45,740 nucleotides of DNA from a virus (Duplodnaviria; Caudoviricetes). The position numbers were made by a program, and so were the translations under genes. Location of the stretch: positions 1-45,740 of IMG/VR virus record IMGVR_UViG_3300044513_003981, one strand, 5' to 3'. Below the pieces are notes generated by a model. The model saw only the letters and a list, made by a program, of their open reading frames with translations, did not search any database and was not told where the DNA came from. Positions within the stretch are counted from its first letter, which is position 1. The number at the start of each line of letters is the position of its first letter. Positions 43,186 to 45,740 of this stretch are shown here, one piece after another.

Positions 43186-45657
43186 TTAATCCTTGGGATC
43201 GCCCTCATTTCTGGCTAATATTTCACCAAGCTTCGTAATGGATTTCTCAAAACTTGTTCCAAGTCCCTCAAAACTTGTTCCAATTCCTCTAAACACCTCC
43301 TTGATTGAGGATGTGTCTTCCTCTGGTATTTCGATTTTTATATCTGCAAGCGATTCGGTAAAGCTTTTTAAACTTGTAACAGACGCGTTTAAATCTTTGG
43401 ATACAGATAGATCTCCTTCCCCTCTTGATTTAAGATCATTAGATAACGATGTGAATTCCTTGGTCAAACCGTCGAAAACACCTTTAAAAGCGCCCTCTAC
43501 ATCTAATTCCCTCATCTTCTCAAGCTCCTCTTGAAGAGCCTTTAATTGATCTTGCTTCGCTTTAATCAATTGGTCATCTATCTCAGTAACAAAGTCCGTC
43601 TTCGAATCTTTTTTGCGAGTTATTTCATCGCCTCTGCCCTTATTATCAGGAGCGCCTCCTACGTCAGCTTCGGCAGCGGCGTTATTCACCTGTTGCTCTT
43701 TGTTTTTGGCAGCACCAAACGATTCCGCTGAATCCGCTGCGTCAGAAAATTGATTCATACCTAGTTGAACAGCTTTGCTTAATTCAAGAAGACCTGCTAT
43801 AAGTTCGTTCTGTGCAGCTTTCCCGCTCTCGGATGTTGGGTCTACACTGGATACAGCATCTATCTCGTTAGCTATTCTCGTTTGCACAGCAGCAGCCTCT
43901 TTTATATTAGTAGCCTTACTCGCTTCATCAGTGAGGGTATTTATTCTTACACGGCTAGGGTTGTTAATAACACCTTCTTCCGTCGCTCGGCCACTCAATG
44001 TCTCAAACCCTGCTGATTGATCAGCAATTTGGTTAAAAGCTTTTTGCTGATCATTCGAAAAAGTTTTAGTTGAAACTCCACTTGCATTAGCTTGAGTTAA
44101 AAAATCCGCAGTTTGTTGTCTCTGTGCATCAGAAATTACACGAAGAGCGCCTGTTTTGTTACCTGCTTGAAAAGCGGTAGACGCGTCTCTTCCTTGGGAC
44201 TTGTCTAAGCCGAATTCAGACGTAGCATTTTTTAGAAACGTGCTCGCATCACCATCTGATATTTGAGAGGCAAGCCCAGTAAATCCGAATCCTTCATTCT
44301 GAAAATCGACAAAACTTGTAATGTCTTTTTCTAAAGCGCCATTAAGATCTGCAATAAATTTATCATTTGCCGCAATTTCAGCTTTAAGTTTGTTATTAAA
44401 AGCCGTAACTTGATTTTTAATAAAATCTTCCAAAGTTTTTTTGTTTCCTGCGTTAAAGTCTGTAAAATTCTTTTTTAAAGATTCGATCTCTTCCTCACTA
44501 AAAATATCCAGTTGTTCTAATTTTTCAATCTCTTTGAAAGCATCGTCTACTATAAGTTTTTGGTTACTCGCTGGAGCAGTTTCCAGTTTTTGGGCTAACT
44601 CCTTAATGCTATTAGCCGATGCAGCGGCATCTATCTGCTTTCGTTCGGCTAAAGTTTCTGCTTTTCCACCATCAGTGAGAGCACCGGATTTATCTAATTC
44701 TGTTTTGGTTGAAAAATTAGCTTTAGCAAAGAGCCTTTGAAGCGAAGTATCAAATTTTTGAAAATTTTGAGCTTGCTCACTTTCCTTCTTCAAATTCGCC
44801 CTTGTCATATCTTCTACGAAGATATCGTTGGGCTTAGTAGATTTTGATCTGAACACAGGGTCAGTGCTATTAATAAAATCAGCAATCGCTCTTTTAGAAG
44901 ATTGTCCTCCAAATCCACTTTCATTAAATCTAAGATCCGATTCAGAAGTGGTATTAAAAGAAAAATTAGTTGTCTTAAATTTTCGAGCAGCGTCCTCAAT
45001 AAAATCACTTACATCTTTAATGCCTTCTGTAAGCTCCTTTATTTTTTCAGCTAGTTCTATTTTTCTTAGCCTTTCCGCCTCCTTGTCGTAATCGGTTCCC
45101 ATGACCTCTAGCGTTTTGAAAAGAGTCTCGATTTGACCAATACCACTTTTTTGATAGAGTAGATTGGTTCCCGCAGAAAGAGCCTCAGAAAAAGAAGCTT
45201 GGCCTGTGAAGAAATCCTTTAGAGTCCCCAACCTATCAGTTGTGAATTTATGTTCACCCTCCATAGATACCAAAGCTCTATCAAAGGCAGATAAATCTCC
45301 ACCTTTTTCTAGTTCTGCTATTTTTGCATCAATAGTCTTGGAATTCCTATCTCCGGCGGCTCCAGAAAGTACAGCACCGCCTATCGCTCCTACAGCAGCA
45401 CCCACTGGACCAAACGTCATCCCCATTGAGGCTCCACTAGCTACTCCACCCAATAAACCAGTAGCGCCCTTTTGAGCTTCAAGGTCCTTAGTAAGGCCCT
45501 GAACAATTTTACTTTGTTTTTCATATTCTTTACTCCCCTTGCCACCTTGGGATTCTATTTCCATTAGTAGCTCTTGAGCTTTTTCAAGCTCCTCATTAAT
45601 TTCTGAGAACTTGCCGCCAGAAAGGAAATCGTTAATTTTATCGCCGCCAGTGGAGCC
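43186..45657 (-). CDS. Tape measure protein, C-terminal fragment (5' end truncated)
   Basis: Ala/Lys/Glu-rich helical protein with GPVGAAVGAIGGAV. The frame is open from an in-frame TGA at 45660-45658, and the first ATG is at 45564. Confidence 0.65.
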   Translation of the reverse strand, partial: GSTGGDKINDFLSGGKFSEINEELEKAQELLMEIESQGGKGSKEYEKQSKIVQGLTKDLEAQKGATGLLGGVASGASMGMTFGPVGAAVGAIGGAVLSGAAGDRNSKTIDAKIAELEKGGDLSAFDRALVSMEGEHKFTTDRLGTLKDFFTGQASFSEALSAGTNLLYQKSGIGQIETLFKTLEVMGTDYDKEAERLRKIELAEKIKELTEGIKDVSDFIEDAARKFKTTNFSFNTTSESDLRFNESGFGGQSSKRAIADFINSTDPVFRSKSTKPNDIFVEDMTRANLKKESEQAQNFQKFDTSLQRLFAKANFSTKTELDKSGALTDGGKAETLAERKQIDAAASANSIKELAQKLETAPASNQKLIVDDAFKEIEKLEQLDIFSEEEIESLKKNFTDFNAGNKKTLEDFIKNQVTAFNNKLKAEIAANDKFIADLNGALEKDITSFVDFQNEGFGFTGLASQISDGDASTFLKNATSEFGLDKSQGRDASTAFQAGNKTGALRVISDAQRQQTADFLTQANASGVSTKTFSNDQQKAFNQIADQSAGFETLSGRATEEGVINNPSRVRINTLTDEASKATNIKEAAAVQTRIANEIDAVSSVDPTSESGKAAQNELIAGLLELSKAVQLGMNQFSDAADSAESFGAAKNKEQQVNNAAAEADVGGAPDNKGRGDEITRKKDSKTDFVTEIDDQLIKAKQDQLKALQEELEKMRELDVEGAFKGVFDGLTKEFTSLSNDLKSRGEGDLSVSKDLNASVTSLKSFTESLADIKIEIPEEDTSSIKEVFRGIGTSFEGLGTSFEKSITKLGEILARNEGDPKD

Positions 45658-45740
45658 TCAAATGCTATTAAGAAATTTGAAGGAGGCGCTAGTGAACAGA
45701 AACCATTTGATTTTGAAGAAAATAGTAATGCTTTAGCTTC

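Noticed and set aside
43246-43283. 17-bp direct repeat CTCAAAACTTGTTCCAA with 21-nt period
   Set aside because: Explained by an in-frame heptad duplication (GTSFE twice) typical of tape-measure proteins.
43193-45475. Several plus-strand ORFs within the tape measure, and similar ones inside ClpA, DnaE, primase, helicase and the GTs
   Set aside because: They have Ser/Leu/Phe/Pro-rich antisense shadow composition, TTG starts and no motifs.
1-45740. Genome-wide stop-codon reassignment
   Set aside because: Conserved genes are intact in code 11, and TAA, TGA and TAG all end genes at coupled junctions.

Overview
This AT-rich, densely coding window looks like a fragment of a large, probably lytic, tailed dsDNA phage genome. 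I saw no integrase, CRISPR array, tRNA or rRNA. From left to right it holds: (1) a leftward accessory/tail-fibre region (1-5.9 kb) with a partial glycosyltransferase, a YadA-like fibre, a sulfotransferase, a recently duplicated and diversifying gene pair and a hairpin-rich intergenic stretch; (2) a long leftward replication/recombination block (6-18.6 kb) with a ClpA-like ATPase, a DnaE lacking its PHP domain, a DEDDh exonuclease, an SSAP, a Cas4/AddB-like nuclease, primase, DnaB, a stand-alone PHP domain, a DUF559-like nuclease and RecA; (3) a glycosyltransferase cluster, a phage sigma factor and dUTPase (18.6-24.2 kb); (4) a palindrome-rich divergence point (24.25-24.6 kb); (5) a rightward block with class Ia RNR, an FkbM methyltransferase, a Whirly-like ssDNA-binding protein, more glycosyltransferases (including a split GT9) and Gmd; and (6) a leftward tail/baseplate block ending in a tape-measure fragment cut by an apparent inversion junction. 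The most notable candidate system is a phage-encoded glycan pathway (about 9 GT ORFs plus Gmd, a methyltransferase and a sulfotransferase) that co-occurs with virion proteins enriched in Ser/Thr-Gly dipeptides, suggesting proteoglycan-like virion glycosylation. Other highlights are a three-part replicase, a Whirly-fold SSB with a bacterial SSB-type tail, a ClpA with a dead second ATPase ring but an intact ClpP-docking loop, and systematic leaderless sigma70 promoters. All family calls come from motif recognition by eye, with no database searches.
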